A stretch of DNA of 64,000 bases, from the NCBI RefSeq assembly GCF_018350175.1, contig NC_058368.1, forward strand, positions 143,408,001 to 143,472,000, read 5' to 3'. The number at the start of each line of letters is the position of its first letter. Positions within the stretch are counted from its first letter, which is position 1. The notes beneath the pieces were generated by a model, which did not search any database, had not been told where the DNA came from, and was given only the letters and a program-made list of their open reading frames with translations. The DNA comes from Felis catus. Its lineage: Eukaryota. A program made the translations under genes and the position numbers. Shown piece after piece: positions 13,587 through 27,242 of this stretch.

Positions 13587-13777
13587 GGGGTGGCTCAGTC
13601 AAGCGTCCGACTCTTGATTTCGGCTCAGGTCCTGATCTCATGGATTTTAAGTTTGAGCTCCACATCAGGCTCTATGCTGACAGTACAGGCCTGCCTGGGA
13701 TTCTCTGTCTCCCTCTCTCTGCCCCTTGCCCGTTCATGCTCTCTCTCAAAATAAATACGATATTAAAAAAAAAGAAA
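13587..13777 (+). mobile_element. SINEC nested in Tigger1
   Basis: gggtggctcagtc head, ctgcctgggattctctgtctccc body, A tail. Confidence 0.88.
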
Positions 13778-14264
13778 GAAAAATGTACATACCTTAATTT
13801 AAAAAGACTGTTGCTAAAAAATGCTAACCATTGTCTGAGATTTCAGCAAGTCATAATCTTTCTGCTGGTGGAGGATCTTGTCTTGATGTTGATGGCTACT
13901 GACTAATCAGGATGCTGATTGCTGAAGATTGAGGTGGCTGTGGCAATTTCTTAAAATGAGACAGTGAAGTTTGCTGCGTTGATTGACTTCTTTTCACAAA
14001 TGATTTCTCTATAGCATGTGAGAGCATTTTACTCACAGTATTTCTTTGAAAATTGGAGTCAGTCCTTTCAAACCCTGCTCTATTTTTTCAACTAAGTTTA
14101 TGTAACATTAAATCCTTTGATGACATTTCAGCATCTTCACCAGGAGTAAATTCCATCTGAAGAAACCATTTTTTTTTTGCTCATCTATAAGAGCAAGTCC
14201 TTATCCATTCAGGTTTTATCATGAGATTGTGGCAAAAGTCATTCGTGTCTTCAGGCTTCACTTC

Positions 14265-14363
14265 TTCTTTTTTTAATGTTTGTTTATTTTTGAGAGCGCA
14301 AGTGGGAGAGAGCAGAGAAAGGGGGACAGAGGATCTGACGCAGGCTCTGCGCTGACAACAGTG
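14265..14363 (-). mobile_element. 5'-truncated SINEC nested in Tigger1
   Basis: T-rich tail and 3' body only; TSD ttcaggcttcactt / ttcaggctccactt. Confidence 0.8.
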
Positions 14364-16615
14364 TTCAGGCTCCACTTTTAATTCTACTTCTCTCACTCTT
14401 TCCACATCTGCAGTTACTTTTTCTACTGAAGTCTTGAACCTCTCGAAGTCATTCATGAGGGCTGGAATCAGCTTCTTCCAAACTCCCATTAATGCTGATA
14501 TTTTCACCTCTTCCCATGAATCACAAATGTCCTTACTGGCATGTAGAATGGTGAATCCTTTCCGGAAGGTTTTTCAATGGTCTTTGCCAAGATCCATATA
14601 GGAATCACTGTCTTATAGCCTTACAAAATATATTTCTTAAATAATGAAACTTGAAAGTCGAAATCACTTCTTGATCCATGGGCTGCAGAATGGATGTTGT
14701 GTTAGCAGACGTGAAAACAACAATTTTTTTTACATCTTCATCAGAACTCTTGGGTGACCAGGTACATTGTCAATAAGCAGTCATATTTTGAAAGGAATTT
14801 TTTTTCTGAACAGTATGTCTTAAAAGGTGGCTTAAAATAATTTAGTAAACTGTTGTAGACAGATGTGCTGCGATCTAGGCTTTGTTGCTCCATTTATAGA
14901 ACACAGGCATAGTAGATTTAACATAATTCTTAAGGGCCCTAGGATTTTCAGAATGGTAAATGAACATTGGCTTCAACTTAAAGTTATCAGCTACATTAGC
15001 CCCCGACAGGAGAGTCCTCTTATCCTTAAGCTTTGAAGCCAGGCATTGACTTCTTTCTAGTTATGAAAATCCCAGATGGCATCTTCTTCCAGTATAAGCC
15101 TGTTTCATTTACTTGGAAAATCTGTTGTTTATGGTAGGCATCTTCACGAATTATCTTAGCTACATCTTCTGAATACATTTCTGTGGTTTCCACATCAGCG
15201 CTTGCTCCTTCACCTCGCACTTTTATGTTATGGAGGTGGCTTCTTTCCTTAAACCTCAAGAACAAACCTGTGCTAGCTTCAGACTTCTCTTCTGCAGCTT
15301 TCTCACCTCTCTCAGGCTTCGTAGAATTGGAGAGAGTTAGGGCCTTGCTCTGAATTAGATTTTTGGCTTAAGAGAATGTTGTGGCTATTTGGTCTTCTGT
15401 CCAGACCACTAAAATTTTTTCCGTATCAGCAGTAAGACTTTGACTTTCATGTTCATATGCTCACAGGAATGGCTCTTTTCATTTCCTTCAAGAACTTCTT
15501 TGCATTCACAACTTCACGTTCATTCCAAGAGAGTTAGCTTTTGGCCTGTCTTGGTGTTCAGCATGCCTTCTTCACCAAGCTCAATCATTTCTAGCTTTTG
15601 ATTTAAAGTGAAAACTGTGTGACTCTTTCTTTCACTTCACTTGAATACTTTGAGGCCATCATGGGGTTATTTTTTGGCCTGAGTTCAATATTGATGTGTC
15701 TCAGGGAAAATAGGAAGGCCCAAGGAAAGGGAGAGAGACAGGGCAATGGCCAGTGGGTGGAGCAGTCAGAACACACACAGCATTTACAAAGTTTGCCTTC
15801 CTATATGGGTGTGGTCGTGGTGCCCACTAAAAATTCCAATAGCAACATCAAAGAGCACTGATCACAGATCACTATAACAAGTATAATGATAAAAAGTTTG
15901 AAATATTGTGAGAATTGCCAAAATGTGACAGAGACAACAAAGTGAGCAAATGCTGTTGGAAAAATGCCACCAGTAGACTTGTTCACAGGGTTGCCACAAA
16001 AAACACAGTATCTGTGAAGCACAATAAAGTGAAGTGCAATAAAACAAGGTATGCTTGTACCGTGACAATAAACTCCTTTTAAAAATAGCCTTTCTAAACA
16101 ATCAAAAAATGTACATACAAAAGGAGTGTTTTAAAATTATGGGCCTGCTTAGATTATATGACAAATCTAGAGTTAACCTCTTCATCAGATTTTCTATTCT
16201 TCCACACTTTTTCCAGGTCTTTCCCCTCTGTTCCATTTCTTCTTTCTAGCCACTTGATTCTCTTTCTCTTTAGTCATTTTCTTTCAGCTGTAGAGCATAC
16301 ATACGTCTTCTCATCGTTGAAAAATGCTCTTGATTGGTACTGGCTCTTGTAATTAGTTTTTGTGTTTTTTTTTTTTTTTTCTTTTTCAGTGCCAGAATTC
16401 TTAAACTAGTAATTTTTACCTACTCCTGGCATTATTTTGGCTATCCCATCTCATTTCTAATGCCTTTAGTTATCTTCCTTTTCTCACTAGTATCCTCAAT
16501 TTCCTTGTCCTCTCATATAGACAGTTTCCTTATCGCTACATATGGACTCTTCTCTCTTATCTTGTGGGGGAAGGGTTAGTGGGGTGGAGGTGAATATGTG
16601 GAAGGTAACATTGGA

Positions 16616-16616
<1 letters not shown>

Positions 16617-16654
<38 letters not shown>
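16617..16654. repeat. (AC)19 microsatellite
   Basis: Read directly. Confidence 0.97.
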
Positions 16655-16656
<2 letters not shown>

Positions 16657-17301
16657 TTCCTTTGTGTTCTTCCTGTCTTCTATACTTGCTCTCCTGTTTC
16701 TCTTCTTTCACTGCTAAATTTCCCCTACAAATTACTGTTCTCACTGTATCTTTTTCTAAACCGTTAAACTGTCCACTCACACCATAACTTTGTACTGTTT
16801 TCCATCCTTATGAGTATTAAACTTCTAGTTTCAAAGGTATTGACCTTTCCTCTGCTGGATAAATCAGTGGTCTTTTAAATTAAATTTAAAATTACCTTTC
16901 TGTGATATTTGACATTGACCACCTTTTTTGTGTATAGTGTTTTATTCCTTTTGATAATACTTTGTTCTTTATTTTTAGTTCTCTAAGGGTAGGGGATAGG
17001 TCTTTGACCCTTTGTCATTCTTCAGAAATCTTATTTTTATAACTTAGACTTAAAACATACCTATGCTGATGACTTTGTTTTTACTTGTCCTGTCACTTGA
17101 ATTCTGTCTACCTTATTAGATGGTTCACAGGTATATAAAACTTTCTTATGCAGATATCTAATTAGGATTCACAATGTGCACTTGCTATTTCATAGGTTAA
17201 AAACTGTCAAATATTGGCTCTTTCATATAGTTCAACCTAATATAGAAACCAAAATTCTCATTTTAACAATTTCTTGTTTATATGTGCATTTGACACTCTA
17301 G

Positions 17302-17381
17302 AACCTTTTGATGGAACAAATACGGCCAGAGCTGTGCATGAAAAGCAGAAATTTGACATGATCAAGGATCAATTTTTAAAG
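17302..17381 (+). CDS. TENT2: TENT2 penultimate coding exon, (E)PFDGTNTARAVHEKQKFDMIKDQFLK
   Basis: ctctag acceptor, AAG|gtaaac donor; 80 nt, phase 1 in and phase 0 out; EEPFD..N.ARAV nucleotide-recognition motif of non-canonical PAPs. Confidence 0.96.
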
Positions 17382-18798
17382 GTAAACAGTGTATGAGATT
17401 AACTCTAGAAACCTTAGAGGACTCGTATGCTTTGAAAATGAAAAAAAAAAAATCTAATAGGACAGAGTAGCCGTGGTTCCTGTGTTATGAAGCTGTTAAT
17501 GTAGCACAATAGAGAATTCATGACTTGCTAGATACACTTTTCCTACAGAGAAATCGAACTCTGTGTTCATTTACATGGCTTTCATTTTCATGGAAGTAAG
17601 CATCAAAATGAGTGAATAAAACCTAACTGACTCCTTTCTGTCCTTGAAATATCAAGGAACTACTATAGCTTTAGAAGAAAGCTAATGTTTGTTCTATGAT
17701 TTTTCTTCTGTATACCCCATTGTAACAAGGAATTCGAGCACCATTTTATCTTTGTTTATATTTTGAGAAATTGAAAAAAATCAATGTGTATATTTGTGTA
17801 CACACACATTATATATAAACCTCAGTGATATATATATAAAATATTGTTTATTCCTTCACTCTTTAGTCCATAATATGAATTTATTCATCGGTGATTTTGC
17901 TAGGTGTGGTTTCTTTCCTCAAGGAGTTCGAAGTACTGTGTAAAAACACATTGATGTAAATATATACTATGAGACAGATAGGAGAGAATGCCTCATTAAA
18001 GAAAAAAAGATCAGCAAACTGTGAAGGTCATTTTAGAGGAATACTTTTTCATTAGACATACAAGTAGGCTTTATTTTGATGATAATTAAAAATGTAAGTA
18101 TGTCATATTACAAGCTGTCTTTCACATTAGGTCCTCTTTTTATCAACCAGAATAGAAAATTTAAAATTAATAGAATTCTGCAGGGCAAAACAAATATCCA
18201 AGAGGAAATATTTAGGTCTATCAGATTAAACTGAGAATTCAAAAACAGCATTGCTACATTGTGGTTTTTCTTGATGCCTGAACTTTCATTTAGGATTGTT
18301 CAGCTATAAAACCAATACTTTTAGTCAGTTGAACAACTGAAGTAAGAATAAACCAGATATGCAGTCACTGAGTAGTGAGCCAAATCTGTAGCCTGTGAAT
18401 AAGAATTTGTTTTTTTTTCTTTTTGATAAGTTCTGTGTGCTCTTCTTTTTCTGAAGCACATGAAAGTGGTTTATTAGAGATTTACTCTCCGCTTTGTAGT
18501 ACTATTTTTAATTGGAAAAGCTTATCGATGCAAACTAGTCAACCAAATAATTGAAATAATCTCACACTCTCTCAAACCCCAAAGGTTTTGTCTTAATTAC
18601 TTTGCTATTTTAGATGAAATAATTTAAGTCTGTGAGTAAATGTTAATATTGTCATTTGTATCTTTTTGTACCACCTATGTGTCTGTCCCTTTCTTTATTA
18701 ATAAATTGGAACCACACAGGTATAGGGTTTTTAAATAACATTTTTTTTCTGACAGCAGAGAAAAGACATTTACTATATTAAAAACTTGGGAGATAAAA

Positions 18799-18831
<33 letters not shown>

Positions 18832-18845
18832 CACACACACACACA
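18799..18845. repeat. Interrupted (AC)n microsatellite
   Basis: About 23 units with one gc interruption. Confidence 0.95.
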
Positions 18846-18967
18846 AAATCACCCCAAATTTTACCTCCTAGAGAGAACCACTGTTAACATTCTAGTAACT
18901 CTCTTTTCAGTCTTTTGTTCCACTTATATTTTATGTTTTAAGAATTATTTTTTTCTTTTTCTCCCAG

Positions 18968-19042
18968 TCATGGCACAGATTGAAAAACAAAAGAGATTTG
19001 AACAGTATACTACCTTTAAGAGCTGCTATCCTGAAAAGATAA
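18968..19042 (+). CDS. TENT2: TENT2 last coding exon, SWHRLKNKRDLNSILPLRAAILKR*
   Basis: Long T-tract plus ctcccag acceptor; phase 0; TAA at 19040-19042; matches recalled GLD2 C-terminus. Confidence 0.96.
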   Translation, partial: SWHRLKNKRDLNSILPLRAAILKR

Positions 19043-20425
19043 CTGGCTTCTATATCTTAATAAATTCTTCTGAGAAATAAAGAACAATAGTAACACCATA
19101 ATGCATTTTGTTTACCTCCATCATGGTTTCTTTTTAACTGTTCTTGTTTTCATGTTTTATTTTTAAGAGGACATACTTATATAAAGATTGCATATTTTAT
19201 TATGACATTTCCTAATAAAACCCTTTGATTTAAAGATGTATTTTTGAAAATGTTTACATTGATTCGTAATATTATGGCATGGATTTTCAAGAGATCAGAT
19301 AAAATATTTTTGGGGGAATTATCTGAACAAATAAAAGGTTTTTGATATAACTTCAATTAATTATACCACATGCTAATACTGAAGGGATGTGTGGAATTTT
19401 GGAAAGGGACTGATTCACACATACTTAACATATAACATACAGTATATAGTTTGTTGCCCGTCTGTTCTGGTAAAGTGAAGATTCAAGCCAGTTATTCGGT
19501 TACTTGAAACAAAATGAAATCTGTAATTTCACTGAAATCACTGCAGAGGCATGAAATACTGGACAATTGCCTTAAGTCTTCACTTGACTCTCCGGGATAG
19601 ACTGAGGCTTTGGGTGTGTCTATATTAGCATTTCATTAGTACCTCACATGCTTTTGATGTACTCTTGAGATTGCTTTAAGTTTTTGTTGAAAACAGTACA
19701 TTTTGCACTGTAGTAATATGAGCACCCTGTATTGTTTAGAGGTTAGTAAGTTGTTTTAAAGAATTAGTTCGTTGTAGATTTTTGAAAAGATGAAGTCCCC
19801 TGTGCTTTATGATAGTTCAGTGCAATGTGCACTTTTACTTTATTTCACGTTTTCCTGCTTTTATTTTCCCTGTAACATGAAGCAACAGAAACTGAAAGAT
19901 CAAAGTTGAGATTATATCCTATTGACAGTATCAGAGTTTGTCTGTGTACAAGTGTAGGATTGTAATCTAAACTGGAATTTTTAGGCAGTAAGCCACTATA
20001 AAATGTTTTAGGTAAGACAAAATTATTATAAATAAAAGCTTAATGTTTGTAAAGATATCTTTTTTAGTATTTTTTTCCATATGAAGAAGTAGTGGTGGCT
20101 GCTAAAAAAAACCTACAGTGTTTATTAAGATTGATTATGGTTTATGTAAATATTTGTAAATTGGTCAGTGCCTGTACATTTAAATATGAAGAGTAATCTT
20201 GAAAACAATTTTAACTTTTTCAGAAGGACTGTGTACAACTTCTTTGAGACCTGCTGTAGCACAGTTTGTACCTCTAATGTATTTGAGTTTTTTGCAGACC
20301 AATTCAAATGCTAAGACTTTTGCTTTTCTTTGATTTGTAAAGGTGCAGATTTTCATTTCTTCTTTAAGTTTAAATTTTTGTATGATGTCAAATGGAATAA
20401 AGTTTATATATGGAAATTGTTGATG
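19043..20425 (+). other. TENT2: TENT2 3' UTR (end inferred)
   Basis: AU-rich with no recognisable interspersed repeats; AATAAA at 19059, 19076, 19214, 19329, 20031 and 20396. Confidence 0.65.
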
Positions 20426-20445
20426 TGTTGGTTTTTTCTGTGTGA
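20396..20445 (+). terminator. Likely distal polyadenylation signal of TENT2
   Basis: AATAAA at 20396-20401 followed by a GU/U-rich element (ttgttgatgtgttggttttttctgtgtg). Confidence 0.6.
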
Positions 20446-22971
20446 GGCTTTACTTATGAGGTGAGGCTGTAGTTATCATCTAGAACTGAGCTGAATCTAA
20501 TGTTTATGCTTGATAACTTAGGTTATACAGAAAATCTCAGAACGGAGATCATATTTGGTTAAGCCAACTAAGCACATCAACACCCTATTTCTGTGACATT
20601 ATTTAGAATAAAGCTTTCCACATAGGTGAATTTTTTAGATTACTGATGTTTTCACACTTTTGAAGCAATTAAGCTTTACAGATCAATTCTTTTTCTTGGA
20701 AAGTTTCCTAAAATATACACTGTGCAACTCTTCTTTATTAGAATGCATTGAACATAATATTTTGGTGATGACTGGGCATCATTAAAAACAGTAAAAAATA
20801 GTCCTCATGCTCTGTGGTAATACTGTATAGCTCTCAGGGATGGGGAAATGTGTAGGGAGTTCTGCCTTTATAGTATTAGGACATTTCCTAAGAAAGCCCT
20901 AGCGTTTACCATGGTATGGACTCTTCCACTGCCACTGTTTTCTCAGCTCTCAGTGCCATACCCCGTCAACCCCATCTTACTGCTGCTACTTTTTAACTCT
21001 CTTGCTACAACAAATGCATAAAGAAGTTAATAAACTTGTACCCATTTCTAAGTCAGTAGACTGAAACCTAAAATTAGGTATCTTGTGATAGCCAAATATG
21101 TCAAATAAGTGGCTGTTAATATATGAGGAAATTTTTTAGACTTTTAAATTATTTTCAGTTTGACTTACTTGTGTGGTGAATAATACATTCTTTTATTTTC
21201 TGTTTGTACTGATCTGGCCATTTCTATATGTTTGCATGTATCATTAAGAAAATAGTGTTAGGAAGTTAAAAATGTGCAGTCTGTACTGCAGCCAAGTTTT
21301 GGGTTGGTTTGAACTGGAATCTTTGCAAATAAAACTTGTTGGCTTTGGTTAGTGTTCCCAAGAAATGTTGAGTGAAATGCAAGGAATATACAGTGGCTTT
21401 CTATACTTTTGATTAGTGTTTAACAGATTCCCACAACTGTGATTGAATGCTTTTTGTCCTAGGTGAGCAGTCATTTGGGATTACTAGTTGGAAAAGCCTG
21501 GCTCATGTTAGGATAATTATTGCTGATGTTAAACCTGGTTTAGTGAACCCTGGAAGACTGGACTCTTGTCTCTTCCCTTCTTACACATACCAGCTGATAA
21601 TTCTGAACTATCTGCAGTTCTTTGCTCACAGACTTAATGTACACCTATAATCTAGTGTAACTGGTGAATACAACCTAACTTATGTTCATCATATTTAACA
21701 ACTCTGTGAACAGAATTTGTGGTAATTAAAAATAAATGTCTATTTTAGCCATAAAATCATCCTCATGAAAAGAAGAATATGTATTATAAAGATCTCTCTA
21801 CCTGTTCTATGTACTGAGCAGGTCTGGTCCTGTTCTCTTCAGGGGATATTCATTAAGCATCTACTATGTGCTAAGTACTTTGCTTCCTTCTGGGCCCATA
21901 AGAGATGGGAATGGTGGGGAAAAAAATGAGTAACAAATTTACGAAATGTACAGAGGGAAACAGACACATGATTTGGATATAGGATTGAATTTAACCTGAG
22001 CATTTCAGAGAAAGGTAGTGATCTTGAATGGTGAGTCACCAGGTATATAAAGGTGGGAAGAACCTTTCAGGCAGAAGGAACTGTGTAAATAAGGGTACAG
22101 TGGTGTGGCTTAATAAATGTTGAGAATCGTGACTTCTAAAGAAGAAACCAGACAGATGTGGGCTGTTGTTATCCAGCATTCATCTTCTCGAGGAGCTTGA
22201 GCTTTCGTCCTTGAGCACAGGGACGCCACTGAGTTTTAAGCATGGGCATGACATGATCCAGCCAAAGGTCTAGGGCGTTTGGGTTGAGTTTCAGACAAAA
22301 CTTAGACGTTGACCAAAGTGGGGAAATTATTTCTCTTCAAAGTTATTAGGGGAGATAATGTCCCGACTGAACAGGCTAGGGGCCATGGGGTAAGAGAATA
22401 CACAATTCATATGCAAACATAAAAGGAGCCAATACTGAAAGAACAACGGTTCAAAACTGGGCTTATGAAAAGGGCAGACTTAGCTGTTTCCCCCTGGATC
22501 ACTTACACTGGGCAGGAGACCTTGAACAAGCCAGCTTCCCAAGCTCTTCTGAGCCTCAGGTTTCTGATCTAGAAAACCAGCATTGCAGTTAAACGTACCA
22601 CCGCAGAATCGTGAGGGGATAATGAAAGCTAGACCCTTCGCAGTGTGCCTGAACTAGCAACGGCTCTGCTCAGGAAGGAGTAGTTATTTGGTTGGGATGA
22701 AAGGTTTACCAAGAAGTTCTGTGCCAAACACACGGCCTACCAAACCCACACTGGGGGAAAGAGAGGCGGGGCTGGGTGCCTTTTCTCCTTTCAGCAACCT
22801 GGTGCAGCTGAAGCCTGTCCCCCTCGGAGTGATGATCGCTGCTGGCCCAAAGGGCCGCCTGGGATCCGCCTAAACGGGTGGGGAGGGCTGGGGGGCGGGG
22901 GGAAGTTGGCAGACGCGGGGGAAGAGGAGAAGCTGAGCCCGGGCCCCAGGAGCTCGATGGCGAAACTTTGA

Positions 22972-23292
<321 letters not shown>

Positions 23293-25429
23293 TAGCGTGC
23301 GCCCCTCTCCTGAGGCCGCAGCCCGAGCGCGGGCCCGGCCGAGGGCCTGGAGGTGCGGCCGCGAGGGCAGGTGCTTCGCAGGCCGACTCCGCACGCTTCC
23401 CTTTTCTTTCTCTGCCCTAGAGTTCGTTTCCTCCGAGCTCAGCACTTTGTCTCAGGGCGTGCTGCCGTGGTAAGGAACTTGAAGGTGAAGGTGCTTGCTG
23501 TCAGCTGGAGTGACAGGCCCGCCTGCAGCGGCAAAGTTCACGACCGCTCCCCTTCCCTCCTTCACTCCCCCCTCCCTCCCAGCAACTTGTGACTTGCTGC
23601 TCTTGTTTATTCCCGGGGATTTACTTAGGGTCCTGCCTGACCGCAGAATGTGCTGAAACGCTCATGTTTGGCCCAAGGCTTAGGAACAATCGTGAAAGCC
23701 CGAGCTAGAAGAGAAGGGGGTACGGAGTGGGGGTGGAGGAGGAGAAGGCTGCTCTGGAACCTTCAGATAACCGGAGGTCTCTTGGAAGCCAGCCCTGGAC
23801 CAGATCGCTATGAGAGGGCTTTAATTTGGTACAAAGGCTTACAAATTCTTTGGACGAAAGAAGCCTGACTTTCAATAACCCCTCTTCTTAAAATCGTGCT
23901 TTCCCCCCACTATGGTTCCAAATATCGTTTCAATGAATGTGATTGCAATTAGGTAATATTGTATAAAAATATGGGTCTCCTTCTACTTCCATCTCCCTCC
24001 CTCTCTTCATGTACGTCCTAAAATGAGAACAGTAGAAATCACCAGGGAGAGAGTCGTGTTTTGTTTGCTTGTTTTGGTTTTTTGTTTTGTCAGTCAGTCA
24101 TGTCCTTTCCGAAATCTATTAATATCAGTAGAAAGGCTCTGTAGGTGACAGATCGATGTGCAACATTTCAGAATGCCCCTCTCAAAGTTAGAAGTTCTGT
24201 CCAACCAAAGCCCGCAGAGCTGAAGTTGAAGTAGCCCACAGAGTAGCACTGATTAAGCTGAATGGTCAGTCAGATAAGAAGACTGGAATGTAGGTTACAT
24301 ATTGACCAAGCAATTGCCGAGTGGGAAGCAGGCACAGTCCCTGCCCTCAAGGACTTTATGGAAGAAATTAGGGAGCAATATGGGGAATATGAGTCTATGT
24401 GCTAAAGAAATGAGAGGGGCAGGGGGGACAGACCGTGCATACTGTGGAAGCTCAGAGGAGAGTATGTAGATGTGTGACTGCCTTGAGAGGAAGTGGGCAT
24501 GACCTGGGCCTTAGAGAGTAAGCAAAAGATGCAGAAAGGAGAGGCAGAAGAGAAGGCACCTGCGGGAAATGGAGGAGGGAGTAGGCACCGGTGATTCCCG
24601 GGCAATACTGAGAAGGGAAATCTGTCAATCTCAGCCTTTAGAACCTTTTCCCCTAAGTGGCATTGGGGATCCTTATATCTTAGCCCAACCAGAATTTACC
24701 ACCTAGAGAATTTGAAAACTCCAATGTGAGCAGCTGACAATGATTCCAAACACCACGCTGGGATTCCTTTGCCTTTTTCGGGTAAAGATAGGATTTTGGG
24801 GTAAAGATAGGATTTATCTGCAGTAAGTTTCGGCCTGCTCTGACTGCACGTGGTCAGGTGGACACCAAGGCCAGCGTCGGGATTAGTAGAGTGAGGGAAA
24901 CGAGGAAATGGGCAGGTGGCTGGGCGCTGAGGCTTTGTAAACCATCACACTTGTACATTTTGGATTTGATAGCGTGAGTAACAAGAAATCAGTAATTCTG
25001 AGCAAGATTTAGCTAAGATTGGAAACACATTGGAGTTAGGGGAAGGTTACTGACAGCAGATTGGCAGATTGGAAAGTTGGTTTTCGGGAGGGCTCCGATC
25101 AGAGAGACAGTAGCAAAGAGGAAGAAAGGTGTGTAGAGATTGAACCATGGTGAGGGCCAAAGGAAAGGAGATGGCAGGGAGGCTAAAGGTAGAGAAGTGT
25201 CAGTGGGCAGGACCTCCTGGGGGAACTGAGAGTCTTGGACTTTTTACTATCTTGAAGTATTGTTAGAAATCAAACCATTTTGTTGTGTGTACATTTACAA
25301 ATATGGCCTAAAGTTCTTTTTCTTCTGAGGCTAGAGGTGAGGACTTGGAATATTCTGTAAAGAATGGGAGGTAAGAATGATGTCTCATTGTTCTTCACTC
25401 CTTCCTCTTGCCTCTTTTGCCAAAGATTT

Positions 25430-25640
25430 ACAATTATGAGAGGGTCTACTCGCTCTGTGCCAGGCTTAGTGCTAAGTGTTTACGTATGTTTTCTCATTTT
25501 AAACCCTCCCAGCAACGCGATGACTGTCCTTTTATAGATGAGGAAACTGAGGCTTTGTATAATTTCCTGAGGGTATAAGGCAAGTCATTATAAGAACCAG
25601 GAGGTGAGCCTGGGTGTTTCCTCCAAGCCACTGCTGGACT
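25430..25640 (-). mobile_element. MIR SINE
   Basis: Core atagatgaggaaactgaggc; boundaries approximate. Confidence 0.75.
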
Positions 25641-26329
25641 TTCACCATCTGCCTTCCTTTGCAGGACAGACCTTTATGTAGGTGAGACTGGAATGGCTAG
25701 CTTCTGCCTTGAAAAATTCATAGAGCAAAAGGAAAGTCCTCATCTTTTTGCATAATAGTGGAAATTTTCCCCCTTCGTGAATGGAAAAGTTGTTTGCATT
25801 TCTTGGAGGTCAGAACCTTTCTCAGAAGTTAGATTACAAACTGATTTTTTTTTTTTTAATTAAGAGGCGCATAATAGTAAATAAATGGAAATAGCCTAAT
25901 AGTAACAGAATGACTATTAATCTACTTTATGTGTTATTATTAAGCCATTATTAAAATGCTATTTATTATAGGTTTCTTAAAATATGGGAAGTGTATATAT
26001 TGAATAGGAAAAAAATGTTCACTGTAAAATTTAGAATGATCTCACTGTAAAATAAAATATGTATTGGGAATAGGCCTAAAAGGTTAGTAAAGTTTCCTAA
26101 AAAGTTAATAAAGGTTACCATAATAAACATAATAAAAGGTTAATAAAGAACATTTCAGGAATGGTATATGAGTTTTCTGTATAGCCACCTTTCTGAATCA
26201 AGGGAAAAAAATCCCTTTTAATTATAAAAATGCTTTTCTAGTGCAGACAAGCTCACCATTACACATACCAATGCTTATATCGGATCAGAGAACTACCCTC
26301 CTGATGTATCATTTAGTGACACGAATATG

Positions 26330-26530
26330 ATATATGGCATGAAAAAGCCTGAGTGTGAATCCTGTTAGCCATTCTGTCATGAGCAGATTCCCTATTTTGT
26401 CGTAGCCTCAGTTTTCTCATCTGTAAAATGGTAGTAATAGTTCCTAATGTATAAGGAGTGTATAATGTATAAGGTTGTCATAAACTATGTGAATGTAAGA
26501 GTACTTGCCTTTAGTAGGTTCCCAATAAAT
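26330..26530 (+). mobile_element. MIR SINE
   Basis: Core cctcagttttctcatctgtaaaatgg; boundaries approximate. Confidence 0.75.
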
Positions 26531-27242
26531 TTTAGTTTCTTATCTCCCTTCAGATGAATCATCATTGGCCATCAGATGAGTCACTATTGGCCGCAAAGCT
26601 ATTTCTTCTGCCCACCTTCATCAATGAGGGGAGCATAATGGTCTCAGTTTTCAATGAGTAATGATCCTGTTCCACTTTGACTTTTTCCTGTATTCATTCA
26701 CTAAACATTCATGGAATGCCTACTGATTGCCATGGACCATGCAAGGTGCTAGAGATACAAAAATTACTAAGAATCCATTACTGTCCCATGGTATTCATAT
26801 TCTACTTGGAGAAACAGAAAAACAATTATGTCACTAACTTTATAAGTGATTTAAGGGGGAAAAAAGGTCCTCATGAAGTACCTCAAAGTAGGGAGAAAGT
26901 CCTGGAATCCATCCTGCCTGGAAGGATTGGAGAAGGCTTCATAAGGGGCTTTGGAGCAGGGTATTCAATGCTAAAAGTGCCTAGAAAGCTAATAATTTGT
27001 GGATATCAAAAAATGTTTTTGTGTTGCTAAAACTTCATACCAAAGTTATATGTGAAAAGCATCTCTATAAAACCTACAGGATTTCAGAGCTGGGAGAAGC
27101 TTTAGAAATTTCTGTTCCCGGAGAATCCTTTTGCAGATTCAGAAACTGAGTGTCAGGAACATTTGTTCAAAGTCACACAGCTTTTTAGTGGTAGAGTTGG
27201 GACTTAATCCAGGTGTCTGAGCTCCAATCTAATGTTCATTAG

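Larger units (their letters stand above)
13413..16057 (-). mobile_element. Near-full-length Tigger1 (pogo-family DNA transposon) with decayed transposase and two nested SINEs
   Basis: TIRs caggcgttcctc (13413) and aaggtatgcttg|ta (16057); reverse-strand transposase peptides [19 protein letters not shown]...[11 protein letters not shown] and GVWKKLIP..MNDFE.FKTSVE. Confidence 0.92.

Noticed and set aside
21740..21748. CTATTTTAG as an upstream MEF2 site
   Set aside because: One base short of the 10-bp consensus and in AT-rich background; not supportable alone
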